DNA of 45,562 nucleotides from an uncultured Rhodanobacter sp. (GTDB taxonomy: Bacteria > Pseudomonadota > Gammaproteobacteria > Xanthomonadales > Rhodanobacteraceae): contig CAIKJM010000127.1 of NCBI GenBank assembly GCA_903827735.1, positions 1 through 45,562 on the forward strand, in the 5' to 3' direction. The notes below the pieces were generated by a model, which searched no databases, was not told the DNA's origin, and saw only the letters and a list, made by a program, of their open reading frames with translations. Of the stretch, positions 28,201 to 37,061 are shown one piece after another. Every line of letters begins with the position of its first letter. The stretch's first letter is position 1. The translations under genes and the position numbers were made by a program.

Positions 28201-28615
28201 GTAGCCACTGTTCAACCTTGGTGATATCCGCTGTCGCAGGACCGAACATCGTGCCAATCTGGGCCGCGGTCAGCCAATGATGGAAATACGGTGAGCTGGG
28301 CGTGGTCAGCTGAGCCAGATAATTCTCGAACTGAGCTTGCTTGGCATCGCTGCGCTTGAGCAGCAGCGTGACGTTACGAATAGTGCGTGTGGCTGGCAAC
28401 AAGCCGGTGTCGTACTTGGCTACTGCCAGCGCTGGCTTGCTGCCTTTGACGATTGAAAGCTTCGACGTATCGATCGCGTCGGTCAGACGCGGCGTATCCG
28501 GTGCATAGTTGGGAACGTTGGCGGCTGACGCGGAGGCGTGCGCCGTTGGCGACAGCATCCCTGCAATTGCCATAGCTGCTCCCGCCAGCCATGGTGAAGG
28601 CCCGTTACTTAACAT
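25289..28615 (-). CDS. Secreted S53 (sedolisin/kumamolisin) peptidase with pro-domain and C-terminal FG-GAP/VCBS repeats
   Basis: Pro-domain 'SSPYFHHWLT'; catalytic EAALD, STGDAG, GGTSFAAP; 'ATGLGT'; repeats DGDGFSDIAV, NFDNSGSDELF, DVNGDGFADIVW, DIAGAGVTSLFW, DYDGDGLADLLW. Start ATG 28615 behind GGGGA. Confidence 0.9.
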   Translation of the reverse strand: MLSNGPSPWLAGAAMAIAGMLSPTAHASASAANVPNYAPDTPRLTDAIDTSKLSIVKGSKPALAVAKYDTGLLPATRTIRNVTLLLKRSDAKQAQFENYLAQLTTPSSPYFHHWLTAAQIGTMFGPATADITKVEQWLQSQGLRVTSVSLTGMRLSFSGNTAAIGNAFHTSLHGYTVNGENHFANATEQEIPVALASVVFGAASLNNFFPKPQHTDVGTVTRDKRSGQWKAVARAKGAPQITTPPGTVDTQTTYDVAPQDFNTIYNVTPLWNRSVPVRGAGQTVAVLERTDVLPADVQMFRSAFLPANSAGTVSYINPMQAAGDTSCPDPGTNGDEGEAALDTEWIGAAAPDAAIVFASCDDSQSATFGGFTAAANLLSGYSAPMPTIFSLSYGECEAAGFVDGTVQEAGDLWSQAAAEGVTVFVSTGDAGSAGCDQNESAAYQGIAVNAMASTPYNVAVGGTDFNDYKQQTQYWSASNSALYGSALSYIPEQTWNTSCASNTLYTLLGFSDGVTACNSATGQQYLNTGGGSGGASNNWFQPLWQVGIYGSNNYGARQMPDVSLFAANGLYGHALVYCMSDASEGGTTCDYGNPDDVLFNSAGGTSFAAPAMAGVQALINQASGQPSGNILPALYNLGVKEYGTVNSPNTAMLTACNSSNGTKVGANCVFNNVTVGTIDEPCYAGTNDCYNGKSAKSYGVLSAGGIDQLDPAWNTGAGYSMATGLGTINATNLVNAVTMFYAPFKNGYVAPSDYLSSANYGDGDGFSDIAVLEPGSGNFLQLGMKGSLILNNVSQPMPAGYSISAIGNFFSPTEGIFSRDIDSLALTGPGNQLYIMLSDGDGGAANYYEGAAGSAYAPGWSIAGAGNFDNSGSDELFLANGQTGQVQWQQLSFRVLYILGRAHYTFIPTLSAVYSGPKGFVPTLADVNGDGFADIVWTSPNPSNNTVYLSINNQQGSFDTTQIANRPVGFTLFGAGDIAGAGVTSLFWTNPGANQLTIWNMNSATVSSTQELPVPAGYTLASIADYDGDGLADLLWSAKAEVGAAQVQLGPSTLYEWLSNGSGGFISQAVAGLDGTPISLPPHAVIQANRLQGGRVTGGVNSSVGSSH

Positions 28616-28774
28616 TATGAAATCCCCAATCGAAATCGTGCGATGAAATAGAGTCCTGACTTTCCCCGTCGAAAAATTCCTGCTTTCTGAAACGTACGCG
28701 CCGTTGACGCACGGGCGAACGCTCTCGAGCTTAGGTGAGCCAGCCGCGTTAGTCACACACGGTTTTATGATCGT

Positions 28775-28795
28775 AAACTCACCGAAATCTCACCG
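28775..28795. promoter_or_regulatory. Direct repeat with 11-bp period (OmpR-type box candidate)
   Basis: AAACTCACCG-AAATCTCACCG in the protease/kinase divergent promoter. Confidence 0.45.
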
Positions 28796-28845
28796 GTGAT
28801 TCAGCCATCCAAACGCGCTGATTTTCCGCCCGGTCCGGACCGTCC

Positions 28846-30693
28846 ATGAGGGTAGCTAAGAACATGTTTCAGCGACTTCAAGCCTGGGTTAACCGCATCC
28901 CGATCGATGATCCGGTCGATCGCCGCAACGGCGTTTTCATGCAGTGGCTACTGCTGTTCGAAGGCCTCCGTATGCCGCTGAACAAGATCTACCTGCTGCT
29001 TTTCAACTGGAACTATATGGAGAGCACGCTTTACGACACGGCGCGCACCGGACCACGCGTGGCCATCACCATCGACTTGGCCACCGACGCCGCCATGACG
29101 GCAGCACCCTGGATCGGCATCTGGCTGATTCGCCGCGGTCGCTTTCGCCCGGCGGTGGCTCTCTATGTCGGCGTGGTCTTGGCATCAGCCGCACTCGCAT
29201 ACGGTGCCTTCGGTTATCACGAGAATTTCGTCGACCTGACCCTGGTAGTGATATTGACGATCAGTGGACTGATGCTCGGCCGGCGCGCCCTATGGACGAC
29301 TTATGGGGTGCTAGCCCTGGTTTTTGCCATCGGCGTGATTCCACCGCAGATCTTTAGCGACATCCGCCTCTGGCGACTCGCTGTCGAAACCTATGTCGCT
29401 TTCCCCGGTCGCGCACTGATGAGCTATCTGCTGATAGCCATCGTTATCGATCGAAGTATCAACGCGCTGCGCGAAAGTCTGGACGAATCCAATGCGCATC
29501 GGCGTGAGCTCAAGCGCGAGATTGCCGAGCGCAAACGCACGCAGGAGCAACTGCTGCACGCCCAGAAAATGGACGCTGTGGGTAAGCTGGCCAGCGGTAT
29601 CGCTCACGATATGAACAACGTGCTCGGCATTATTCTTGGATTCGCGATGGAACGCGATCGCCTCAATCCGGATATGCCTTACGACGAGGATACACGGGCC
29701 ATGGCCGACGCATTGGAAGGAGTAGAACTTGCCGCGCGTCGTGGAGCCGCCGTATGCAGCAAGCTGCTCAATTTTAGCCGGCACGACGTGACCCATACCG
29801 AAACTTTCAACGCGGTGTCGGCGCTGCGCGACATCCAGCCGCTGCTTCGACAGCTGCTGCCGCCCGCGGTGCAACTGATCCTCGATACGCCGCCCGAAGA
29901 ACTCCTGATCCGTTTCGACCGCAGCCAGTTCGAACTAGCATTGCTAAATCTCGCATCGAACGCACGCGATGCGATGCCCGGCGGCGGTCGCTGCAAGATC
30001 GCGCTAACCTCGCAGGACGCCACAAGCGTTATTTTATCGATTGAGGATTCCGGCACCGGCATGTCGGGCGAACTTCTGCATCGCATCTTCGAACCGTTTT
30101 TCACCACCAAAGCCGTTGATCAAGGTACCGGTTTAGGACTCAGCGTCGTCTACAGCCTGGTCAATCGCGCCGGAGGCGATATCAGCGTGCGCAGTACCGT
30201 TGGGGTCGGCACCACGTTTTTCATCGAGCTGCCAATGGCCGAGGCCGCCTCGGTGCAAGCACCCGTGATGCCCCCCGCAGGTCGCGTGCGCGTGTGGTTA
30301 ATCGACGACGACGACAGCCTGCGCGGCGTACTCGTCGCTGCACTGGAAAAAGCAGGCTGCGAGGTGAGTGAAGCCGCCAGCGGTGCCGAAACGGACCGGT
30401 TGGTTGAGAACATGATGCATCCACCGCACGTGCTGGTCTGCGATTACCGCATGGCCGATACCGACGGCGCGTCGCTGCTGCGCCGTCTGCGCCACACGCT
30501 CCACGCGGTACCCGCCATTCTGATTTCGGCCTATCTGGAAAAAGATGGCTCACTCCCCGGGCTGGAAGACAAGCACAGCGAGCGTCTACCGAAGCCGTTC
30601 TCTCCATCGACGCTGCTCGAGCGCATCTTCGCCGCCGTAAGCCGTGAGCGAGCGGACGGAATCGACCAAAATCAGCTCATCGCCAGCAGATAA
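28846..30693 (+). CDS. Hybrid membrane sensor histidine kinase (TM-HisKA-HATPase-REC)
   Basis: GIAHDMNN H-box, NARDAM, DSGTGM, FEPFFTTK, GTGLGL; REC domain with 'CDYRM' and 'KPF'. Confidence 0.92.
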   Translation: MRVAKNMFQRLQAWVNRIPIDDPVDRRNGVFMQWLLLFEGLRMPLNKIYLLLFNWNYMESTLYDTARTGPRVAITIDLATDAAMTAAPWIGIWLIRRGRFRPAVALYVGVVLASAALAYGAFGYHENFVDLTLVVILTISGLMLGRRALWTTYGVLALVFAIGVIPPQIFSDIRLWRLAVETYVAFPGRALMSYLLIAIVIDRSINALRESLDESNAHRRELKREIAERKRTQEQLLHAQKMDAVGKLASGIAHDMNNVLGIILGFAMERDRLNPDMPYDEDTRAMADALEGVELAARRGAAVCSKLLNFSRHDVTHTETFNAVSALRDIQPLLRQLLPPAVQLILDTPPEELLIRFDRSQFELALLNLASNARDAMPGGGRCKIALTSQDATSVILSIEDSGTGMSGELLHRIFEPFFTTKAVDQGTGLGLSVVYSLVNRAGGDISVRSTVGVGTTFFIELPMAEAASVQAPVMPPAGRVRVWLIDDDDSLRGVLVAALEKAGCEVSEAASGAETDRLVENMMHPPHVLVCDYRMADTDGASLLRRLRHTLHAVPAILISAYLEKDGSLPGLEDKHSERLPKPFSPSTLLERIFAAVSRERADGIDQNQLIASR

Positions 30694-31367
30694 CCCTGCC
30701 CGTGCACGGCGTTGAGCGGCAGCGGCTCGCCAACGGCGGCAAGCACCTTTCGGCGCAGGCGATGAATCAACGAGTCAAGCCGATGGGGATCGAAGGCATG
30801 GATGTCGTCGGTGATAGCCCGGATCAGCACATCGCGCACAACGACCTGATTGGGCTGCTTCATCAATTCTTCCAGCAGGCGTCGCTCGGTCTTGCTCAGG
30901 ATTACCCGGCCGCCTGACGGCGACATCAGCAGCCAGTCGTCCGAATCCAGCTTCCACGCGCCAGCCGGCGGCGCGGTCGACGGCGACGAGCCGAGCCGAC
31001 GCGCCACGCTGTACAGCGTAGCGACCAGTACGTCGATTTCCACCGGTTTGGAAAGGTACGCGTCCGCGCCTTCGCTGAGACCGCGAACGCGATCAATATT
31101 CTCCGACCGTCCCGTCAACATCACGATGCCGATGTCGGAAAACTGTGCGCGAAGGGTGCGCGTCACCTCAAAGCCGTCGTGATCGGGAAGACCTATATCC
31201 AGCAATACGATGTCCGGCTTCCGTTGCTCAATGGCACGCGCCATATCGTCGATATGCCCGATGGCCATGACCTCGAAACCGAACTGCGTAAGACGCGGCG
31301 TCAGCACCCTGTCCCGCAATAACTCATCGTCGTCGATCAGAAGCAGGCGCAGGGTTTCGGCAGGCAT
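30672..31367 (-). CDS. OmpR/PhoB-family response regulator
   Basis: LIDDD, LLDIGLP, MLTG, ADAYLSKP, 'LDSLIHRLRRK', 'VHGQGY'; 22-nt 3' overlap with the kinase. Confidence 0.92.
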   Translation of the reverse strand: MPAETLRLLLIDDDELLRDRVLTPRLTQFGFEVMAIGHIDDMARAIEQRKPDIVLLDIGLPDHDGFEVTRTLRAQFSDIGIVMLTGRSENIDRVRGLSEGADAYLSKPVEIDVLVATLYSVARRLGSSPSTAPPAGAWKLDSDDWLLMSPSGGRVILSKTERRLLEELMKQPNQVVVRDVLIRAITDDIHAFDPHRLDSLIHRLRRKVLAAVGEPLPLNAVHGQGYLLAMS

Positions 31368-31713
31368 GGATCAACTTGGCAAGGCGGTGGCAGGTTCGTT
31401 TCCAAACCATAACCCATAAACGGGCTGTCTTCGCGGCCTAAATGAACCTCACCACCGATCATTCCATGATGAGCCACCTTGGCGACCTCTCGCGTACCTC
31501 TAGGGGTGCCGAAGGAGGCATGAACTGCGAGTCTCTGGCCAGCAACCCGGAGGTCAAGAAGCGATGCGAAAGACTAGTCGTTTGAGCAATCCAGGCCGCT
31601 GCAGTGCGGCAAGCTGCTGGCCCGACTTTGTGTCAGATTCCCCTGGTCCGGCTCTCGGGATCGGTAGGGTCGCCCCGCGCTCCGGCATCCACCAATCAAA
31701 GGGGTCGTCTTTC

Positions 31714-32241
31714 ATGAAAAGATTTCACAAGATTGCGTTTGTCGCGCTCGTGGCGCTGCCGGGTATTAGCTTGGCTGCCGCGCCGGTGCTCAAGGTCAGC
31801 AAAAGCGTGCTCATCCACGCAATACCGGATGCGGTGTGGGCCAAGGCCAAAGACTTTGGCGGCCTCAATACCTGGCACCCGGCGGTCGCCAAGGACGAAA
31901 TCGTCGCCGGAACAGATAACCAGCCCGGCGCGGAGCGCGAGCTCACGCTCGGCGACGGCGGCAAGGTCCACGAAAAGCTGGTTGCGTTCAACGACCAGGG
32001 CCACCAGTTCAAATATGTCATTCTCGATGGCGTGCTGCCAGTGACCTCATACACGTCGACCTTCCGAGTCGTCGCCGTCGGCAAGGACAGCGCCAAGGTC
32101 ACCTGGTCGGGCACCTTCAAACGGAAGGACATCGGCCCCAAACCGGCCGACGACGCCAATGACGCGACCGCCACGAAAGTGATCAGCGGCGTGTACCAGA
32201 CCGGTCTGGACAACCTGAAGAAGGTGGTTGAGACCCCGTAA
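31714..32241 (+). CDS. Exported SRPBCC (START-like, MxaD-like) protein
   Basis: Signal peptide; 'DAVW...DFGGL.TWHPAV', 'R.LTL.DGG.V.E.L', 'VYQTGLDNLK'. Confidence 0.85.
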   Translation: MKRFHKIAFVALVALPGISLAAAPVLKVSKSVLIHAIPDAVWAKAKDFGGLNTWHPAVAKDEIVAGTDNQPGAERELTLGDGGKVHEKLVAFNDQGHQFKYVILDGVLPVTSYTSTFRVVAVGKDSAKVTWSGTFKRKDIGPKPADDANDATATKVISGVYQTGLDNLKKVVETP

Positions 32242-32280
32242 GACAGACTGCTGGTCAAAACCGGTAAGCAAATGAACTGG

Positions 32281-32315
32281 GCCCACCGACGGCTACGAGC
32301 GTCGGTGGGTTTTTT
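32281..32315 (+). terminator. Rho-independent terminator
   Basis: CCCACCGACG-8nt-CGTCGGTGGG followed by T6. Confidence 0.88.
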
Positions 32316-32371
32316 ACGATCAGGATAAGGCCGTCTAGCGTGACTGGACGGCCGATGAAAACCGCAGCCGG

Positions 32372-32593
32372 TCAGGCCGCTTCCGTCCACACCGTTTCGA
32401 TATCGCTTTTGACCGCGCTGTCCACGCCTTCGGTGGAAACGCCGAGCATGTCGTGCACCAACCCATGGCGGATGCCGGCAAACTCGCCTTTCAGTCGATA
32501 CGTCGCCGTCCAGTTGACCCGGCCAGAGCTGCCCGGATGGTGGTCGCCTTCGTAGGTGTAGCCGTTGCTGGTTTTGCCGGCGACGTTGCTCAT
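32372..32593 (-). CDS. Small hypothetical protein (73 aa)
   Basis: GAGG RBS before ATG 32593; MSNVAGKTSNGYTYEGDHHPGSSGRVNWTATYRLKGEFAGIRHG...; GC3-rich codons. Confidence 0.65.
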   Translation of the reverse strand: MSNVAGKTSNGYTYEGDHHPGSSGRVNWTATYRLKGEFAGIRHGLVHDMLGVSTEGVDSAVKSDIETVWTEAA

Positions 32594-32889
32594 GACGGAT
32601 ACCTCTGAGCAGGAGGAGAGCCTGAGCATAGACCCTTGCTGCCTACGTGGGGGAACCGCGAAACGGTCCGTATCGGACGAAGCATTGCGCGACCCCTTGG
32701 CAATGAGCTCCAAACCTTCTCTGGTGTGGGCACGCAGCTGCCGCGTTTTATCCGCTATCCGCGCGCGCTGAGCGCGCTGCGGCTGATCAACGAAACAACC
32801 GCCGGCGCTGAACGCGCCTCTTGCCAGCATCCCTAACGGACACATCCCAATCGCTCATTATCGAAAGCATTCCAGAGGAACCTCCGACC

Positions 32890-33300
32890 ATGCAACTGAT
32901 CCGCAACGGCTCGCAACCTTCAGCCAAGGGACCCGAGCAATATTTCACCGGCACCGTGCGCATCGACATGCCGTTCAAGGGCGACGGCAACGCGACGATT
33001 TCCGGCGGCATCGTCACCTTCGAACCCGGCGCGCGCAGTGCCTGGCACACTCACCCCGCCGGGCAGATCCTGATCGTCACGGCAGGCAAAGGCTGGACGC
33101 AGTGCGAGGGCGAGCCCATCGTCGAGATCAACGCCGGCGACATCATCGTCTGCCCGCACGGCCACAAGCACTGGCACGGCGCCACGCCCACCACGTCGAT
33201 GACGCATATCGCCGTGCAGGAGTCGCTGGATGGCAAGGCGGTCGATTGGCTGGAGAAAGTCACCGACGAGGACTATCTGGCGGGTCCCGCGTCCCACTAA
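32890..33300 (+). CDS. Cupin-domain protein (hydroxynitrile-lyase-like cupin subfamily)
   Basis: [43 protein letters not shown]; GAGGA RBS. Confidence 0.88.
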   Translation: MQLIRNGSQPSAKGPEQYFTGTVRIDMPFKGDGNATISGGIVTFEPGARSAWHTHPAGQILIVTAGKGWTQCEGEPIVEINAGDIIVCPHGHKHWHGATPTTSMTHIAVQESLDGKAVDWLEKVTDEDYLAGPASH

Positions 33301-33310
33301 ATGCCGTATC

Positions 33311-33366
33311 GACGAAACCCGGCCGCGTTTGCTTCGACGGATGAAGCGATCGCGGCCCGTTTCGTC
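33311..33366. repeat. Long imperfect intergenic palindrome
   Basis: GACGAAAC-CC-GGCCGCG-TTT-GCTTC...GAAGC-GAT-CGCGGCC-C-GTTTCGTC. Confidence 0.6.
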
Positions 33367-33452
33367 CTGGGCGCCCACTTCAGGGAGAATGGGCAGCACG
33401 CGCGCAGTGCCAGCGCACGCATCCTCCGCCACTGGACGACACGTCTCTCCGC

Positions 33453-34298
33453 ATGAGCCTCGACCCCGCACGCCCTGCCACCGTCAATGCCTTCGCTTCG
33501 CTGCGCGCCGGCCTCAAGATCGCCGCGATCCTGCTGGCGAGTGCCGTGCTAATGCCGCCGCAGTGGCTGTTGATGCGCCTCACCCGCGGACGCGCGTCCT
33601 TCGTACTGCCGCGGCTATGGTTTACTTGCCTGCGCCGCGCGATGGGTCTGCGGTTGAAGATCGTCGGCACACCGCGCGACAAGGGCGGCACGCTGTTTGT
33701 CGGAAACCACATTTCGCATTACGACATCGTGCTGCTGGGAAGCATCCTGCGCGCACGCTTCATCGCTAAGGATGAGATGGAAAGCTGGCCCGGCGTGCGT
33801 TTTATTGGTGGCCTGGGGCAAACGGTGTTCATCAGCCGACGCCGGCAGGATACCGCCAGCGTGGCGGCCGCGATCGCCGCGCAGATGCGCCCGGATCACG
33901 ACCTTGTGCTGTTCGCCGAAGGCACCACCTCATCCGGCGAACAGGTCGCGCCGTTCAAGTCGAGCCTGCTCGCGCCGTTCCTCGGTCCGCAGGCCGCCGC
34001 ACAGGCGTGGCAGCTGCAGCCGTTTACCCTGGACATCGTATCCGTCGACGGCCGAGTCTTATCCGCTGGCGGCGATCGCGACGGCTACGCCTTTTACGGT
34101 GGCATGGAAGCCGGCCCGCACGTCAGCCGGTTTTTTCGCACATCCGGCGCGCGGGTGCGCGTGACCTTCCACGAACCGATCGCCATTCCGCCCGGCACAG
34201 ACCGCAAGGCACTGGCGCTTCGGGTGCATGACATCGTGGCGGCGGGCCTTGCTTCCCACTCCGCAAGGCCAAAGGATGCAGAAATCGCATCTGCGTAA
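33453..34298 (+). CDS. Lysophospholipid acyltransferase (PlsC / OlsA-like)
   Basis: NHISHYD (NHxxxxD), FIAK, FISR, FAEGTTS, PFKSSL. Confidence 0.88.
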   Translation: MSLDPARPATVNAFASLRAGLKIAAILLASAVLMPPQWLLMRLTRGRASFVLPRLWFTCLRRAMGLRLKIVGTPRDKGGTLFVGNHISHYDIVLLGSILRARFIAKDEMESWPGVRFIGGLGQTVFISRRRQDTASVAAAIAAQMRPDHDLVLFAEGTTSSGEQVAPFKSSLLAPFLGPQAAAQAWQLQPFTLDIVSVDGRVLSAGGDRDGYAFYGGMEAGPHVSRFFRTSGARVRVTFHEPIAIPPGTDRKALALRVHDIVAAGLASHSARPKDAEIASA

Positions 34299-34396
34299 CG
34301 GCCTACTTACTCACCGCTGACCGAGAACAAGGCCACCATCGACTCGTCGAAAATTCGCTAAACGGGATTCCTGGCTGATTCTCGATCACAGCCTGC

Positions 34397-34795
34397 TCAA
34401 ATAGAAGTTTCCACGACCAGGCTGACATGCTGACCGTATGCCAACTCCAGCGTGTGGCCATCCGGATCCCTTAGATAAGCCCAATAACCTACGGGCGGGC
34501 CAAATTCCACCGGCTCGCTGACGAGACAACCCTCGGCGCGCGCAATACCGCAAAGTCTGTCGACCTCCTTGCGTGAAGCGACGCCCACGCCTAGATGTGC
34601 GTCCGGCAACAAAGGGCGAATCTCAGCCGAAGACTCAAGAAGCACGATCACAAACGGCCGCGTCCCATCGCTAACCCACCTGACACCAGGACGACTGTGA
34701 ACCACACGCATGTTCGCGAAGCGGCCATAGAAAGCGACGCTTGCTTCGAGCGATCTAACGGGAAGTGCAATGTGAGTAAAACCCAAGTCGGACAT
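34397..34795 (-). CDS. VOC/glyoxalase family protein
   Basis: THIAL.V..LEAS..FY, HLGV, GYWAYLRDPDGHTLEL. Confidence 0.88.
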   Translation of the reverse strand: MSDLGFTHIALPVRSLEASVAFYGRFANMRVVHSRPGVRWVSDGTRPFVIVLLESSAEIRPLLPDAHLGVGVASRKEVDRLCGIARAEGCLVSEPVEFGPPVGYWAYLRDPDGHTLELAYGQHVSLVVETSI

Positions 34796-35053
34796 GGTGC
34801 GCCTACAGTCGATGGATAATGCCGAAAGGGACGTCCGCATAATTACTGTCCACATGAATTAGATGCAAGGTCCAATGCAATGGTTATTGCCGCGCTTGAT
34901 TTACATAGGACACTCCCGCGCCGAAGTAGCCCACGTAACTCAGGGAAACTCTCTTAGTCCATAGCGCCACGATCAAACGATCCCGAACGAGGCTCGTTTT
35001 GTCGTTTTATTTTGCTAACATCCAGCACTGGAACACCACAGGGGAAATACCAA

Positions 35054-35917
35054 ATGCTGAAAGCGCTCGCGCTTAGCTTCGTGTGCCTGATATTTACCGG
35101 TTGTGCATTCAACGCGCAAAAGGCCACTTTCAATCCGATAGTCAATGTCGCTTCATCCAATGCCGGCAAGGGGAGCCAAGTTGGCCTAAAAGTGGACGAT
35201 GAGCGCCCGTCAAGTTCGTTGGGGCATCGTGGCAATGCTTATGGTGCCGCAGCGGAGATCACGACTGATCAAGACCTCGCTGCGTTGATTCGAGAAAAGA
35301 TCGCGTCCGGCTTGACCAAGGAGGGATACCAGGTCGTCAATTATTTGCAAAGTTCAGGTGCTCGATTGACCCTGGAATTGCGGGACTTGAAGTATTCGAC
35401 GTCGACCGGCTTCTGGACCGGCGGTGTGGATGTCGATGGCGCTATCAAAGCGATTGGAACGAATGGCAGCGATACCTATGAGAAGTTGTACCGGACTGAT
35501 AAAAAAAGTCGCGTCGTCGTTGTCCCGACTGCCGGAACGAACGAGCAATGGTTAAACGAGGCCCTCTCCGATCTGCTGCGACAAGTGTTCGAAGACCCTG
35601 AACTAGCGGCTCTTTTATCAAGGGGAGGGCCATCAACAGCCTCGAACCAAACAGCTGTTCCTTCAGCCTCAGTCGCATCAACTCAGCCCTCCGCTCCAGA
35701 CGCGCGAAGCGCCACTTCGGCTGTACCCGCCGCCTCCACTCCTTCAGGCCTTGCGCTGCAGGCAAAGCAAGCTGCGACCCAAATGGGATGCGGTGATGTT
35801 CAAGCCAGCGGTCAAACTACTTTTACGGCCGACTGTGGCAGCTACAAGGTAGCTATCGACTGCGGCGGTAGCACCTGCCGGCCGACACACACCATCAAGG
35901 ATGGTGAAGACCAGTGA
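35054..35917 (+). CDS. YajG-like lipoprotein with Ser/Ala/Pro linker and small Cys-rich C-terminal domain
   Basis: Lipobox IFTGC; 'VDDERPSSSLGHRG' resembles YajG; four Cys in the last ~45 aa; lower GC than flanks. Confidence 0.7.
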   Translation: MLKALALSFVCLIFTGCAFNAQKATFNPIVNVASSNAGKGSQVGLKVDDERPSSSLGHRGNAYGAAAEITTDQDLAALIREKIASGLTKEGYQVVNYLQSSGARLTLELRDLKYSTSTGFWTGGVDVDGAIKAIGTNGSDTYEKLYRTDKKSRVVVVPTAGTNEQWLNEALSDLLRQVFEDPELAALLSRGGPSTASNQTAVPSASVASTQPSAPDARSATSAVPAASTPSGLALQAKQAATQMGCGDVQASGQTTFTADCGSYKVAIDCGGSTCRPTHTIKDGEDQ

Positions 35918-36131
35918 CGAAATCAGAGCGGGCGATACACACGCCCGATAGCCACGTTCAGATGATTTAAGATGGCACCGGAAGGGTCGGAAATAATGCA
36001 TCCCAGCATTTTTCCGGCCCTTTTTGTCTCCGGCCATCAAACGATCCTATTCTGGCCTAGCTAATAACTTCTGTTATAAACATCGCCCAATCTGTGGTCT
36101 TCCAAAGTCGGCGCGGACGAGCTTGGGTCAA

Positions 36132-37061
36132 CTAGCTGTTCGTTGCCTGCGCCAGCACGAAATCAATCGCCGCACACACCGCCGCCACCTGCGCCTCATT
36201 GCATTGTTTGGGCGTGGCGCGTGGGCTGTCGGGGTAGACCTCGGTGGTGGTGACGTAGGGGGCGTCGGTGACGCGGGCGCAGAGGCCGAGTTTTTTCAGC
36301 GAGTACTCGATGACGCCGGGCGCGACCATCGGCGAACCGATGATTTCGCCACGCGCATCGGCGGGCGCAATATGGGTGACCTTCGACACCGCCGCGATCA
36401 CCGCCTGCTGAAACGCGGGCTGCGAGTTTTCGCTGTCGTCGACCAGATAGAAGCCGTCCGGAATATCGTCGGGCTCGTAGTGGATGCCGTCGCGTGCCGC
36501 CAAGGCCGGGCGAAACTCGGACTCGTCGGTGTCGGTGGTTTCATGCAGGTCGATATGCATCAGGGCGTGATCGCGGATGGGCTCGACCAGGCGCATCAAG
36601 GCGGCCGATTCCTGCGCCGGGCTATCGGCGCGAAACGATCGGTTCGGGTCCAGCGCGTTCGCATTCCAGCGATGAATGCGCTCGTAAGCCCAGGGGCTGA
36701 CGCAGGGCGCCACCAGGATATTGACCCGACCGGCATAAGCCGCCATCTGTCGATCAACGAACTGCAGCGCGCCGTGCACGCCGCTAGTTTCATAACCGTG
36801 CACACCGCCGGTGACCAGCACGACAGGCAACGCGTCGTTCCAGTCGCGGCTTCTAATCGCGAATACCGGATAGCTGTCCGGCAAGTAATCGATGCGGCCG
36901 TACTCGGAAACGTCGAAGCGATCGCGAAAGGTATCGATAACGCTGACCACGTCCTTGCGATAACTGCGCTGGACCATTTGGCGCGAGAGCCATAGCGCCA
37001 CTTCCGCCTCGCCCCAGGGGCGTCCCGGTGTGCCAATGGGATAAGGGGCTTCAGGGCTCAT
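36132..37061 (-). CDS. M14-family metallocarboxypeptidase (succinylglutamate desuccinylase-like)
   Basis: GGVHGYE (HxxE), DPNRSF, IDLHET, TTTEVYPD. Confidence 0.9.
   Translation of the reverse strand: MSPEAPYPIGTPGRPWGEAEVALWLSRQMVQRSYRKDVVSVIDTFRDRFDVSEYGRIDYLPDSYPVFAIRSRDWNDALPVVLVTGGVHGYETSGVHGALQFVDRQMAAYAGRVNILVAPCVSPWAYERIHRWNANALDPNRSFRADSPAQESAALMRLVEPIRDHALMHIDLHETTDTDESEFRPALAARDGIHYEPDDIPDGFYLVDDSENSQPAFQQAVIAAVSKVTHIAPADARGEIIGSPMVAPGVIEYSLKKLGLCARVTDAPYVTTTEVYPDSPRATPKQCNEAQVAAVCAAIDFVLAQATNS

Noticed and set aside
26897-28204. 435-aa plus-strand ORF
   Set aside because: Antisense to the well-supported S53 peptidase; Arg-rich shadow composition.
28616-28756. N-terminal extensions given by the ORF track (also 31564, 32821, 35012, 38840, 42132, 44523)
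   Set aside because: Downstream ATGs have RBSs and place signal peptides or family N-termini correctly.
31512-31585. AAGGAGG followed by a 21-codon ORF (MNCESLASNPEVKKRCERLVV)
   Set aside because: The SD is only 1 nt from the ATG, too close for initiation; no other support.
31714-32241. Methanol oxidation (mxaD) assignment
   Set aside because: Only the SRPBCC fold is supported; no mxa/xox/pqq genes in the window.
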